A DNA stretch of 64,000 nt from the human T2T-CHM13v2.0 reference genome, Homo sapiens, in NCBI RefSeq assembly GCF_009914755.1, contig NC_060939.1, one strand, 5' to 3'. Shown in pieces: positions 13,272-29,880 of this stretch; within the stretch, counting starts at the first letter, position 1; every line of letters starts with the position of its first letter. The translations under genes were made by a program, and so were the position numbers. Under the pieces are notes generated by a model. The model was not told where the DNA came from, made no database searches, and saw only the letters and a program-made list of their open reading frames with translations.

Positions 13272-16014
13272 GACTGACTTGTAGCTCATTACACAAGCAG
13301 TAATGTGAGCTCAGCCTACATGGTGATGTCTCACACACAGACCACATCACTACATTCCCTGAGGCTTGTTTTGTGAAGGCCCCCCCTTAAAACACTGGGG
13401 TACATTTGCACACATTCACCTGTATTTTTGTCTGATTTCCTTATAACGCTGACCCACACTTAAGAAAATGCAAGGCCAGAGGTGAGAGGCCTGAGAGCTG
13501 GAGGCTTGTTGGTTTGCTGCTCTTTCTGTCTGTCCATCCATCAGTTTGAAGCAGGTAATACATTTACCTGTTTCTAAAGTCAAAATAAAATTAAAATTAT
13601 ACATAAGGAAATCCTGCTCCCATTCCTTCCCCTTTACCCTGCATCTACCGTCAATACTGATAACCGTTTTAATGAATTCCTTATTTTTCCTTCTAGTATT
13701 TATTTATGCAAATACAAAAATCTAAACATTCTCATTTCTTGTAAGTATTTTGACTGATGAGAAGATAAGAGAATTAAGACATTGAGACACAAAACCATTT
13801 TTAACGACCTGGAGCACTCTACTGCTCTAGAACAATCTTAATTAAGAACATATGCTAATTATTCACCTCTCAGCATAAAAGCTTATTAAAACCAATTGGC
13901 TGCAAATGAAAGATGAAGCTTATGCATTTCTCTCGCTTTATATAGCACACTGCATTTTTCTTTCATTCCATGTGTATGTGAAACACAAACAGCCTCCGAG
14001 GGACTTTTATTATGATCTGTTGCTATGAAGAAGATACTGCCAGGTGCAGTGGCATTATGTGACATTTGCACAGCCAGAAACAAAACTGTAGCCTAACAGA
14101 AGAGGTCAAGAGCACAGTTTGAGGAGTGCCAAGGGGATAATTTTATCTTTTAAATGCTTTGGCTTTGAAAGTTAATGATTCAGGCCATGGAATTCAAAAT
14201 GGACTTGGCAGAGTGTATCGTATGAGCTTGAGATGTGCACTGGGGGACGTGTAGACCCTGCCATGGAGGGAGAAGTGCCTGGTGCTGCTCGCTCCCTGTG
14301 TGCACTGCTGCCACTGGATGCAGGCACACTCACTGCCCTGCAGCCTCCCAGGAGAGCTGGCTCAGGCTTTCTGGTGCCTTCCCAGAGGGGTGGGGTTGTG
14401 CGAGTTTTGAAGAGAATCTTACAGACCCTTTGACAGATGAGACTGGGAAAGGCTAAACATGTGAAGTGACATAACCACTTACTTACTCATTGTACATCGT
14501 TGGGCCAGTTTATTAGCCTCTTTGAACCTCAGTTTGTTGGTCTGTAAAGTGAGGGGATTATACTCATTTCACCGGACCCTGAAAGGCCCAAGTGAGATGA
14601 CTTGTCTCATGAGCCTTGTATGGACGGCCCAACTCACCCAAGGTTTCACCTGGGGCCATATGTCCCTGCTCCTTACTGATCATAAAAAACCCTCCAAGGT
14701 CAGCAGACCCAACCTTTCCAGGACACGCAGAGTGCCGCCTGCTTGTAAAGTACAATGGGAAACAAAGGGTTATTTTTATAGCTGCAATGAAACTGGTCTT
14801 GTGCTTCCCTGTTCTTGTCCCCAGACCTGTTTGTTGCAGTTATCTTTGATAAGATGTTATAAAAAGATGACCAAGAATGAAAGCTCTGCAGATACGAACT
14901 GCACAATTTACTATCTGTATATTTATTTCCTAAAGATAGGAAATAAACCTGTTAGGTTACTGATGGAATTTCCCCAAAATCATAAAACAAAATGTAAATG
15001 AAATCAGGATCTGGATAATTTCAGGGAAAAGGCCCACTTTTCATACACTTTACATGGATGGGCTTGCAAGAATGCTTCTTTACCTGGATTGAGGCTTCAG
15101 TTGTCTCTCTTCTTTCCATGAGAGGCAAAACCAGGATAAACTCCATGGTGATTTTTCTCCAGCTTCTTTCATGCACTCTAGGACACACTTTAGACCAGAA
15201 GTTAGCAAATTATGGCCTAGGTGGCCAAATCCAGTCCACCAAGTGTTTTTGTAAATAAGTTATTTTAGAAAACATGCCCATCCATTTGACGCCTTCAATG
15301 TGTGCTACATCAGCAGAAGTGAGTAGTTGCCTGGCCCTTTACAGAAAGTTTGCCAACTTCTGCCTTCAACTTTTCAAAGTACTCTCCCAGACATCATCTT
15401 ATTCGGTCTTCATTGAAGCCTACTGAGTTAGGTTAGAGGTTCCGAAACTGCCTTGGTTCACAGCACGTTAGTATCTCAGGAAATTTTTCACAGAGCCCCT
15501 GGCCAAAAGAAATAATACCCAAGGCTCTCTTTTTAAATAGATCAAAACACTTTAATAAGTATTTATGCCTTAACAATGTAGCACCTATGGGGCACGGCAC
15601 CGCCTCTCAAATCTTGGGATCAGATTGGAGACCACTAACCTAGTTTCTGTTTCACATGAAGTTCCTTGGTGTTTGCTTTTTATCAGGGTACTTTGAAAAA
15701 CAGCTTTGCAAAGTGGTCACGTCATCACAAGAGATGTGGTAATCTGATGTTGGAAGCCTGAACTGCTTCAAGCTTCAAGTTTACCTGGTGTCTCATGGAT
15801 ATCCTGGGATTGCATTTGAAAATGTACAACCTCCCCCAGACACTCTTTGCGAATTTGCAGTGGCCTTCCAGGGCACCTAACAGGTAGTGTGGGAGCCAGA
15901 GTTAGATCTGAAGGTCCCCGGGTTACAGATGAGGAAGGATCAGAGAGGGAAATTGACTTTCCCTCTTTACACAGCTCAGATAGCCTTCCCCTTCCACGAA
16001 GCTGTCTTCCCTGA

Positions 16015-16785
<771 letters not shown>

Positions 16786-16790
<5 letters not shown>

Positions 16791-17225
16791 CCTGGTTCTG
16801 TACATGTGGAAAACTCACAGATGGGCAAGGCCTTTGGCTTGGCGAGATTTGGGGGTGCTAATCCAGGACAGCATTACACGCCACAACTCCAGTGTTCCCT
16901 TCTGGCTGTCAGTCGTGTTGCTTACGGTTTCTTTGTTACTTTAGGTAGTAGAATCTCAGCACTTTGTTTCATATTCTCAGATGGGCTGATAGATATCCTT
17001 GGCACATCCGTACCATCGGTCAGCAGGGCCACTGAGTAGTCATTTTGCCCATTAGCCCACTGCCTGGAAAGCCCTTCGGAGAGCTCCCCATGGCTCCTCA
17101 CCACCGAGACAGTTGGTTTTGCATGTCTGCATGAAGGTCTACCTGAAAATTCAACATTTGCTTTTTGCTTGTGTACAAACCCAGATTGAAGCTAAAATAA
17201 ACCAGACTCACTAAATCCTTTCCAA
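16786..17225 (+). other. CHRNA7: Proximal 3' UTR of CHRNA7
   Basis: Follows the stop codon up to the first AATAAA; the end position is inferred. Confidence 0.7.
17196..17201 (+). terminator. Proximal polyadenylation signal AATAAA
   Basis: First AATAAA after the stop (~410 nt), with a T-rich tract downstream at ~17293-17313. Confidence 0.65.
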
Positions 17226-18089
17226 TAATTGACTGGTGGAAGGAAAACAAAAAACAAAAACTAAAAACCTCTTAGCTTTTCTGCAATTCAACTTTTTATT
17301 TTTATTTTTATTTCTATCAAAGACGGTAGAGAGAAACAGCTTGATGCTGTTTCTACATTAAAAAAAAAAAAAAAGACAGACTGTTGGTCTTACTAAGGAT
17401 GTTTTTACCAGCCTGCCTGACTTCTGCAAACCTACCCTGTCAAGGAGATCAAAGGGACGCAGGTTTCTGTTTATTCTGAACAAGGGCCAGGCCCCGCGGA
17501 GTGTCTTTGGTGGATCCCAGATAACTCCTAGGTGCTGCTCTCAGACACTGAGGAGTTGAGCAAATCTGTTCTATTCTGCAGAACCCACAGGACAAATAAG
17601 AGTTCTACTAGAATTAACAGCCCAAAAGAATAGCTACAGCTAAGTGAAGCCACTTACGTGGGCTTTAAAAAAATAATGTGTTAGCTGATTCACATGCACT
17701 GGAGTTAATTAGTCTTAGAAATGTGTGCATCCATACAAATGCACAACATAAAGTGAACATATTCCTAGGCCCTTTCTGCCTGTGTCAGGGCCAGGAAGTA
17801 GAGGCTGGGAACTCTTCTGGTCCCCAGTATGGCAGGCGCCAGGGAGGGGATGGTGTGGCCCATCCCTTCTCTGGATACCTGGCCAGTGGCAGGCAGCAGG
17901 GAGGAGCTGGCCGACCCTCAGTGACTGACAAGCCAGCAATTCTGAGTTCTGGCCTTTGGGAGTCTGCCTGCTCCAAGCCAGTCCACCCCAGCTGCAGCCC
18001 CAAAAGCTGGCTCAAAGTCCTTGGGTGGATTCACTGGAGATGGGCAACTTAAAACAAGAGAAACTTTAATTTTTAAACCTAAGTGATGA

Positions 18090-18298
<209 letters not shown>

Positions 18299-18575
18299 TT
18301 CTTATTCTTTAATGAGATCAGAGGGTAATTCACCAAGAAAGACCTCTCCTGTTCCATTGTGTCATCCAACAACTGCTCAGAGCTCAAAATTATAGAAGGC
18401 TTCTGAGCCCCTAGAGATTTTTAATTTGCTTCTAATCCCTGAGGTGGGAACATCATGAGGGAAGATTTGATTTTCAGAGTTAAATAAATTGTATGTGCTT
18501 TTCCAGCCATCTGGCTCACTCATTTCTGGGTAATGCACATGACTTTGTTTGCACTGGAGGAAGATGGAAGCTTGC

Positions 18576-18606
18576 GTGTGTGCGGTGTGTGTGTGTGTGT
18601 AAGTGT
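18576..18606. repeat. Imperfect (TG)n microsatellite
   Basis: Directly visible. Confidence 0.8.
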
Positions 18607-21310
18607 GAGGTACCTTGTGTGTGACAAGAGACCTCACTTACGAGAAAGTTGGTGGATCAGGACATTCCAGCCTCAGGCGGCTTGGAGCAGGATCATTCCT
18701 CAGCAGGCATTCCTTCCACATGCTATGGATGAACCATGCACAAGATTTTCGGTTTTTTTTTTTTTCTGTTACAGTGTCTTTAGAAACAAGTAGAAGTGTT
18801 TTGATATATAAAAGGAATGCTTCATTTCTTATCATTATCCCAAAATTGATCCCTCCCACATTTTTGCTTTAAAAAGAAACCTTTTTGGTTTTGTATTTTA
18901 TACAGGAACACAAAATGCAAACAAGTTGTGCATATTTTGGACTCTCAAATAACTACTCTGTCCTTTAATAAAGTAATAATAAGGAATAGATGTGCACATA
19001 GTTAGAAAAGTATGAGTGGTTAAAAACAACAGTCTCCCATACTGCCTGTTTTCTCTCTCAGAGGGGACCACTAATGAGCTTCTAAGGGCATTTCTAGAAA
19101 GGAAGAAAAGAAGATAAGAGGCCAAAGAAGGAGGGACGGGGGTTATGGAGAGAGACCTTCCCTTTCCAGCACTAACGCTCTGTGAAGGGCGCTGCACCTT
19201 GCATTCTTCATGTGGTGTTTTGTCTTAGAGGTCGTCCCATAATAACATATAAAGATCTACCTCATTCCTCCTAGTAGCTGCTTAGCATTCCATTATCTCA
19301 GCGGACTATCATTTATTTGAATAGCCTTTTATTGGTGAACATATGGATACTTCCAGTTTTTATTTTTATATACAAATCTATAATTGGCATACTTGTACAT
19401 ACATCTTGACATAGTTTTGTGACTAAAACGGTATAAATTCCAACTTAGAAATGGAATTGCTGGGTTTAAGGCTACATGTATTTAAAATTTTGATAGCTAT
19501 TGCCAGATTATCTTCTAGAAACTGATCGAAGGATGTAACTCCATCAAGAGTACAATAAAAGGCCCAATTTCTCAGCTTTCTATAATAGCACTGGGTATTT
19601 TCAAACTTAATGTTTTTCCCAATATAATTGGTGAAACATGATATTTACGAATATTATTCTGATTTTGGTTTATTTTGTGTATAAAATGGGACATCTTTTA
19701 AAATTTTTTTGTAGTTTTAATTTTGATACATTTATATATTTTACCCAGTTCCTAATTGGGTTATTTGGCTTTTTCTTAATTTGCTCATGCACTTTGGGAC
19801 ATTTTTGTCTTATGTCTTTAAAATATTTTTATCATTTGTCTTTCGATGTTATTTATTGATTTCCTTATTTATTGGCATAGAGTTTAAATTTTTATGTTGT
19901 CAGTTTGTGAGTATTTTTCTTTGTCGATCGTGGGATTTGTTTCCAGTTTTTAAAAGCCTTCCTCATTCTGAGATTATAAATAGACTTACTCGCATTTTCT
20001 TCTGAAACTTTATGGTTTTATTGGTTTACCTTCACATCTTCAGACTCCCTGGAATTCATTTGTTGCAGGACATGAGGGAAAAATCCATACTTTTTCCTCG
20101 AAATGGTGGTCAGCAGTATCAATAAATATGTAATAATGCATTTCTAAAATACAGTCATAGTGTTTTCCCCAGTTGTTCAAAATGCAGCCTTATTTGTAAA
20201 CTAAATTTCTTTAAGTGTTTGGTTCTGTTTCTGTTCTATTTATCTCTATGAATGCCTTTCATTTCTAAAGCATTATTCATACTAATATCAGTATTTTCAA
20301 GTCAACACTCCCATCAACTCTGAATCTCTCTCTCATATGAATCTTTTTTCAATTAGAGTCACAATGAATTTACAGATTGAGTCTTCCTATTCAAAAGCAT
20401 GAAATCTTGTGTTTAAGTCTAATTTTATGTAACTTAGTAGTGTTTTATGATTTTGTTCACTAAGGTGCTTTGAATTTATAGTTTATTTCTAGATGTTTTA
20501 TCATTTGGCTATCATTTTCAATGGAATGATTTATTCCACTTTATTTTCTATTTTATCCCATTGTATAAGAAAGTAGTTGGTTTTTATGTATGAATGTTAT
20601 AATCAACCACAAATTGTGATTCCTACTTGTTTCTAAGGTATACTTTTGACTTCTCCTTTCCAATGTGTCTCTTATTTCTTTCTTGTATCTAGTTGATTTG
20701 AGATCAGTGTTGAGTCACAGTGATTCAGGTGGCATGCTTATCTTGTTCGTGACATCAGTGGGACGTTTTAATGTCTCAGCGTTTAACTTGTATGAAGACA
20801 TGTATTTTCCTTGCCATAATAAAAAAGTATCTGTGTGTTCTCAAACTATTAAGACTCTCTGGGGAAAATGTAGATGTTAGATTTTTGTCAAAGCCTTCTC
20901 AGTGTCCAGAGGGATTATCAGAAGGTCTTTTCCTTTGCTCTAGTAGTATGTTTAATTATATTAATAGAATACTTAAGACCAAATCATTAGTGTATTCCTG
21001 AGATGTTCTTTACTTATTAGTATCATGACTTTGGTTATCAATATTTATAATTAAGATTCATCATTCTACATCTTGCTTTTATGTGTTTTTTGTCCAGATT
21101 TAACTTTATGCTGACTTAAAGGAAGAAATATTATAAAACAAAAACCTCTATATTCTACAATCATCTATTGGTTTTGGATTATTTTCTGCTTAAGTGTAGA
21201 AGAACTAGCTGGGGCTGTCTGGGCCTGCCGTGGTATATTTCTGGATTTTGCTCATCAGGCAAGTTAGGTCCTCGAGCCCTTCTAGAGTCCATTTTAATGA
21301 CATTTTTAAA

Positions 21311-21316
21311 AATAAA
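21311..21316 (+). terminator. Candidate distal polyadenylation signal for a long 3' UTR isoform
   Basis: AATAAA followed by GT/T-rich sequence at 21343-21430. Other AATAAA hexamers lie in between, so usage is not shown by sequence. Confidence 0.35.
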
Positions 21317-22536
21317 ATTAATTCCATCCACTTTTCAACATAGTTGCGTAGTTTTGTAATATATGCACTTCAGGTGTTTTCTTTCCTCTGTATTTGTGGC
21401 TTTTTCTCCTTTTTCCGTTTGTAATTGTGTGCATTTCTCCTTTCTCCCGTGCCTATTGATTTAGCTTGCCATGAGTTTTACCGGTTTATATTTTTAAGAC
21501 ATCGGACCCTTAGACTTTGCAGTCCGAGGACCTGTCTGCAGGGTCTTGGGGGTCCCTGCGTTGACCCAGCCCTCCCAGGTGACAGCAGTGGGCCAGCACA
21601 GCAGAAGCCACAGTTGTTGCAGGTGCTTCTCCAGCCAGTGCTGGGCCCAACACACGGTTCAGCCCTTCCTCTGGGCCCTGGGAGCCTGTGGGACAAACTA
21701 GTCGGGGCAGCATGGTGGGTTAGATGTAGCTGGTCATTGCACTCACGGGGACCCCAGTGAGTTGGAGAAAAGACTGACAGAAGCTTTAAGCAGAGCCCCC
21801 TGGAGGTGCACGCCTCAGGAAGGAACTCTTACATAATTTAACTTTTTCTCATTCCTTCATTTTTTATGTGGTACAAACCCTTCCCAACCTCCCTAGACCT
21901 TCCGTCTATCAGTGTTTCTGACCTCACCATGGATAGCTCCTTTTGTAATTACTGTTTACTTCATATGCGTTTGACCTTCTAATGCCATAGCTTGTCCTGA
22001 GTTGGGGAAGGGGTCTCAAAGTTATGGCCCCTGGGGATGCGGCCCACAGATTCTATCTTTCTCAAACTCTTTGTGACGAGACGCCCCCTGTGTTTGCACA
22101 CAGCCCGCTTCGGGAATGCCACCTTTCTGCAGCGCTGCAGTTCCACACTCTTTCTTGTCTTCTCTCCACCGTCACGTGTAACATTTTGCACTGCTTTCTA
22201 AATTTCCTTTTTTTCTGCCAATGGCCTTCCTACCATTTCCTCTGCTGCTGTGTTAGAGTTCTGTGTGTTCACCTTTGATAAATACTTCCCATCAACAAAT
22301 TCTGCAGGTATGTTTTCTAATTTTTAGTTTTCTGCTTTTATCTTTAATATTTTCATTCTATTTTACTTTTTAAAAATTATTGTATATTTTTAAATTTTCG
22401 TAAAATATACATAACATAAAATTTATCATTTTAACCAGTTTTAAGTGTACCATTCAGTGTCATTAAATACAGTCACATTGTTGTACAGTCTTCACAACCA
22501 CATATTCCCAGAACTCTTTTCATCTTCCCAAATTGA

Positions 22537-22884
<348 letters not shown>

Positions 22885-23008
22885 TCCTTTTGGTCTTTAT
22901 AAATTTGGCTAGGTACCTGATACAAGTGGATTCATATAGTATTTGTCCTTTTGTGACTGACTTATTTCACATTACATGAAATAAGATATCCTCAGGATTC
23001 AGCCATGA

Positions 23009-23334
<326 letters not shown>

Positions 23335-23568
23335 AGTTCTCTTCTACTTTTATTTTGTTGTTGTTGTTCTAAGTTATTCAATAGATGCCTAATTCATGTG
23401 TTTCCAATTATTCTTATTTAATCAGATAAGTATTTTTGGCTCTGCATTTTATTCTGATCAAAGCTTTAACAGCAGTCCATACGTCTTAATATGCAATGTT
23501 TTCATTTGTATTTTCTGGATATTCTATAAGTTGAATTGTTGTACCTTCTTCAAGCTGACTTTTTAAAT

Positions 23569-23672
23569 AAAGGCTAGTGAAGTGAAGCAGCAGTGGAAAT
23601 GGAAAAGGAGCAAAGAAACCTGTAACTGCTTGTAATCAATTCCTTGTACACCCCACTGCACTCAGACCAGCC
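23569..23672 (-). pseudogene. Y3 RNA (RNY3-derived) retropseudogene
   Basis: Reverse complement reads ggctggtctgagtgcagtggggtgtacaaggaattgattacaagcagttacaggtttctttgctccttttccatttccactgctgcttcacttcactagccttt, matching recalled hY3 end to end with scattered substitutions. Confidence 0.9.
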
Positions 23673-24084
23673 CGAACTGAGCTTTGTTGAGTGTTTTAAA
23701 ATTTCCACATTTTTTAACTTAAAAATTAATTTCTAGTTACATTACCTTATGCTTTAAGCAAAATGCCTTTTGTTCTATTTCTAATATTTATAATGTGCTG
23801 AGGTGTTTCTGAGGGGTTTGTATGATCAGTGCCTGTGAATGGGTCCCTCTCTGAGAACGACCTGGGCGGGTGTGTGGGAGTTCCACCCCTGGCTTTGCTC
23901 ACTGGCCTGGCTGGGGCCACGCTCCCTGTCAGCAGCATTCCTCTTTCAATCATCCTTCCATTTACCACAGGATGTTTAACGATTTACCGGATTTTCATTC
24001 TATTTTCAATACTTAACCTTGAATTCACATTTGTCTGCTTTTAAAATCAGCCCCACTGATTTCTTATGCTGAGATGCCTCTCTC

Positions 24085-24915
24085 ATTCATTCTTACACTC
24101 ACACAACACCTCCCGTCTCCACATGTGTGGGGAAAAATCCCACCCATTCTCCAGCACCAGCTGGGTGTCCTACCGTTCAGCTCAACTCTGACACTAACTG
24201 GAGTTAGAGCCAGCCCCACAGGGGAGGGGCTCAATTCCCAGGACTGCCCTGCTCCAGATGCCAGTTGTAAGTGGTGGGTCTGCAGGTCACCCACAGCTTC
24301 TGTCCAACTTGGCTATAAATCGGAGGTTCCCACGCCCCCCTTCTTAGGTCCAGTCATTTGGTGGAACAGCGCAGAGAACCCAGGGCAACACTACTATGTT
24401 TATCCACTTATTATAAAGAATACAGCCAAATGGGAGAGAAATACAGGAAAAGATATGGTGGGGGTGGGTATGGAGCTGCCATGGCCTCTCCAGGAGCACC
24501 ACCACGTGTTCCCCAACCCTGAAGCTCCCGCACCTGTACTTAGGAATTTTTAAGGAGGCTTCATCATGTAGGCATGATTGATTATTGATTCAATCTCCAA
24601 CTCCTCTTTCCTCCCTAGAGGATGGGGTGTGGGGCTGAAAGTTCCAAGCTTCTAACCATGGCTTGGTCTTTCTGGTGACCAGCCCTCATCTAGGATTCCA
24701 CCAAGAGTCGTTCATTAGAACAAAAGATGCTCCTATCACCCAGGAAATTCCAAGGGATTGGAAGCTCTGTACCAGGAACCCAGTCAAAGATGCTCCCAAC
24801 CAATATTAGAACAAAAGATGCTCCCAGTACCCCCATCACTCAGGAAATTACAAGGGTATTAGGAGCTCTGTGTCAGAAACTGGAGACACAGACCAATATG
24901 TATTTCTTATTATTT
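24085..24915. mobile_element. MER21-like LTR (ERVL)
   Basis: caccagctgggtgtcc...ggctataaatcggaggttccc...ggctgaaagttccaagcttctaa...attagaacaaaagatgctcc. Confidence 0.72.
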
Positions 24916-27264
24916 TATACTCAATTTTATGTTTAACCTTTTTGAGGCACTTTGTTTTAGGTTTATTTATCTTGGATCTGCACTTATATTTTTAATACAT
25001 ATTGCTGATATATTTGGTTTAATATTTTTTTCAATATCTGTAATTAATATTTCTTTTGCATTCCCTTTTGGATTTTTTTATTTCCCCCCTCCTTCTGATT
25101 ATGTGCAATCCTTTTGTTAAAATGAAAGATTTATTGCTTTTATGTGTTTAAGTGGTTACCTATATAATTTTACATAATTCAACCTATAGTTCATGATTTA
25201 TCAACCTGACAGTTTCTATTAATTCTCCACTTCTCACTTCAAACCCCAATATATTATTAGTTATCTTTTTGTTTTTAGGTTTTCTGCAGGTTCCTTATAC
25301 AACACTCTGTGATATGCTTTAATATTTATCAATTCAGAAGAGTATCTGTTGACTACTATTGAGAGAAAATTGAAAGATGTTTAATAGGATGGGCAATTCA
25401 TTCATTTTGTGGTGATCTTCCCTTTTACCTAATTTTCATAGTGCAATTATCTTTGTTATTTTTACAAATTCATGAGTTATAACATTTACTTTCTGAAATT
25501 AATTTCCTACCATCACATACATGGTATATTTATTTATGCAAAATGAATTTTCCTTCTTTTTCCTCATTTTGGCTTGAATATGCAATGATGTGTTTTATTC
25601 CTCTTATTCCCTTTGGAGATCTGAAATTCTTCCTCTATGATGGTAGCTTTGTTATTTTTGGCATTGTCTATTCTGTTTCCTGCTATTTACAGTTCGGGTA
25701 GGTTTTTTTTTTTTTCTTCCCGTTCTGAAATGAGTTTTTGCTCTTCAATTTGTTTCCAAAACTCTGCAATTTACCTTTCATTTTGCTTTTCTATCTTTTA
25801 GCTCTTTTTTATTGAAATCGATTTCTTACTAACTTCTTACACAACATTTTGGAGAACTTTCTTGCATGGATTCAGTTATATATTTTGCTGCAGAATGAAA
25901 TCTTTGTCTTTCTTTACAGACCATGGTCCACCCTGTGTTCACTGTTCCCCTGCAGTGCATTTGCAGGAATGCCTTGCCATTTATTTCACTCTTACTTTTG
26001 CTTAATTTGGGCAGCTCCATGTGGATCTTTAAATTCCTCTGAAAAAGCAGGTCTCAGCCCCTTTCAGACTCTGTGCTCCCCCTTCTTCCTGCTTTCCTGG
26101 CCTGGGGTTCTGAGAGGAAGGCCAGCCCCTAGGATGGACAGCCTGGGCGTTTTTGTCTTTACTTTGTTGCTGTTGATGTTGGTCTGTTGGTGCTCCAATA
26201 CATCTTAGGCATTACCCTGGAAGGAGATCTATATCATTATTTATTGCTCTAATTCATGAAATTCTGGGTCTTTGGGGTGAGTGAACTCTTATTCAGCTTT
26301 CTCAGTTAGCCGCGTACTCCCGGTGAAATTTCCCAACCTCTCTCCTTACACCCTTCAACCTCCAGTCAGGACAGATAAAATGTCCATGGATTTGGCTGTT
26401 AGGGCTGGTAGTTGGAGGGCTGGTGGGAGCAGGAATTTGGTTATAGTCACATCCCCTTTCCTTCCTGCCCATAGGGAAGACACCTGAAGACCTCCTGCCT
26501 GTGACTTTCCTGCATCTGCTGAGATCCTTAGTGGGAGGCGGGACTTCTGCACTCATGGGCTCTCTTAAAACTTTTTCCCTCCAACTTACAACTTCCCTTC
26601 TCAATGAGCCTCACTCGAGACTGGCAGCGTAGGGTGGGGAGAGGGATCCGCTATTTGGGTTGGAGGGACACGCGGGGTGGGTCGCACTGATTCAGAGTCT
26701 GTCCTTTGCAGGCCCACACCACCTTCTTCTCTGTGTCCTCCTGGCTGCAGCGCTTTGAAGAGTGTGGCAGGAGGCTCCATCATTCTGTGTTGCTGCTGCT
26801 GTTTGCTATTGTTGCTTTTTTGGGCAGCGATATCTCTGATCCTGCCTTCCTCCACTCGCAACGCGTTGATAGTCACTGACCACATATTCAGGGCAATGGG
26901 TAACAATGGAGAGAGAGTGTGTTATGTCTCAGCACCAAGGCTGCTGGTAAATTATATTCCCAGTAATTTTAGAAGATTGTGGCAGATGCTTTTCACTTCA
27001 TGTTGAAGCTATTCATCTTTACATTGAAGGACCTTATGAAGCTACAGAGTTTAATCTTTTTCCAACTATATTTGCCCCCTTTTCTTTCTGTGGTAAATGA
27101 AAACGGCCAAGAATTCGCCATTTAGTATCTTTGTATTAATATGAATAGTGTAATTGTTTTTCAAACACATTATTTTAAGCTGTCATTTAAGATAAAGATA
27201 GTCTTGGTGAAATCAATATGTCAGGGTTAAAGTGAGTATGTTTTTCTCCTACACATTTTGGTAA

Positions 27265-27905
<641 letters not shown>

Positions 27906-28719
27906 TTACAATATAGACTTCTGTTGTACTTTTCAAACATCATAATGCTCAAGAAATTACCATCCACTTGGAATTAGAATTTGCTGCAGTCCCAGCCATA
28001 CTTCAGCATGCCCCCTGTGCCCTGGTCAACCTTGTTGGTTCTCTGGCTCCCGTGTGACCATATTAAACCCCCGCCAGCATCCTCATTGCCAAGCCCCAGG
28101 TGGTGTCTGGAGAGGGACGTGGGCTTAGTCACTTAAAAACACAGTGCCTCAAATCCTTTGTGGAAAAGACAAGTTCATGCTATTCAATTAGATTCAGAAT
28201 TTCCAAATATACAGAAGCTCAGAGCTCGTCTATGGCATCAGGTTCCAAGCTTTTTTTTTTTTAAAGGTTAGTTCAAGTACAAAAGATAAGAGTATTTGTT
28301 CCAGAGACAGGTCTGGGGGACTTTGGTGTCTGGCCTTAAAGAGAAATTGTGAAGGAGTCATTTTGAAAATGGTGTTGGTGTGTACTGGGGCCTCAGCCAA
28401 AGAGACTTGGGCTCAGGAGGCAGTGGGTCAGCCAGGCAGATGGGGGCTCATCCGCGTGTCTGTGACTGGGGGAGACAGGGACCCTGCCATCAGGAGGGAG
28501 CAGGAGTGGCAGCAGTGGGGGCCAGCAGTAGGTGTTTGTTCCAGGTTCCCTGAGCTCTCCTGAGATTCTTCCAGACTCCTGGAAATAACTGGGCAGAGGA
28601 GAGCCAAAGCCAACTGGCTGAGGTCAACCCACAGCTGCAATTCAGATTCACATGGATGTGATCCCATTGAACTGCAGGCTGAGATTCAGTCCATTCACCT
28701 GAGACATGTGAGACCCCGT

Positions 28720-29082
28720 TGTGGTCTGAATTAAGATTCTTCAAATTTATATGTTGAAGCCCAACCACCGTACCTCAGACTGTGATCTTATTTGGAGAGG
28801 GCCTTTAAAGAGGTAATTGAGTTAAAATCAGGCCATGAGGGTGAACCTTAATCCATTCTGACTGGTGTCCTTATAAGAAGATGAGGTTAGGATACAGACA
28901 CAGTCAGAGGGGTGATCGTCTGAGGCACAGGGAAGACAGCCATCTACAAGCCGAAGAGAGAGGCTGCAGGAGAAGCCAGCCTTGCCCACCTTGATCTTGG
29001 ACTTCCAGCCTCCAGCACTGTGAGGAAATGCACGTCTGTGTTTAAGCCCCCAGGCTGTGGTTCTTTGTTGTGGCAGCCCCAG
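28720..29082 (+). mobile_element. MLT1B/C-type MaLR LTR
   Basis: tgtggtctgaat...tatgttgaagccc...ccttgatcttggacttccagcctccag...ttgtggcagccc. Confidence 0.8.
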
Positions 29083-29588
29083 CCTCCAAGGCAGGCATCT
29101 GTCAGGTGCTGTCCCCTCTGCCAGACACAGGGGGTGCAGTCATGAGAAAGCTTATCTTAGCTGGAAGGAGCTCGTACTTAGGAAGGGAATTAGGTAAAAA
29201 GAGAGTAAGGGCCACACAGGGAGGGATCCCAGCCTTAGACAATCATGGGAGACTTCCTAGAGTTGGTGGCGCCTCAGGTAAAATCAGATGAGGGGATTGA
29301 GGCCCACCCCAGCGACTTGCCCAGCCTCACACAAATAGCTGTTTGAACTGAGACTAGGAACTCAACATCCTGAGGCTGCTTTCGTTAACCTCAAACTTAC
29401 TTTGTCCATTCTTCTTTGTAAATGGCAGGGAATGGAGAATGGCACCCTGTGTTTTGGTGTCTGCAGTGGAAGGGGGTGTAGACCCCTCTGGCTGGCTTGA
29501 TTCAGAGTATCGGTTCCGTCACTGGTATGTGCTGTCCTCTGTTGCTATGAAAATTTATGGCTAAAACCATCTTGCTTTGAAAGGTTAA

Positions 29589-29880
<292 letters not shown>

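Noticed and set aside
24715-24830. Repeated attagaacaaaagatgctcc / aaagatgctcc units resembling a spaced repeat array
   Set aside because: Internal repeats of the MER21-like LTR; only 2-3 units in eukaryotic DNA, so not CRISPR.
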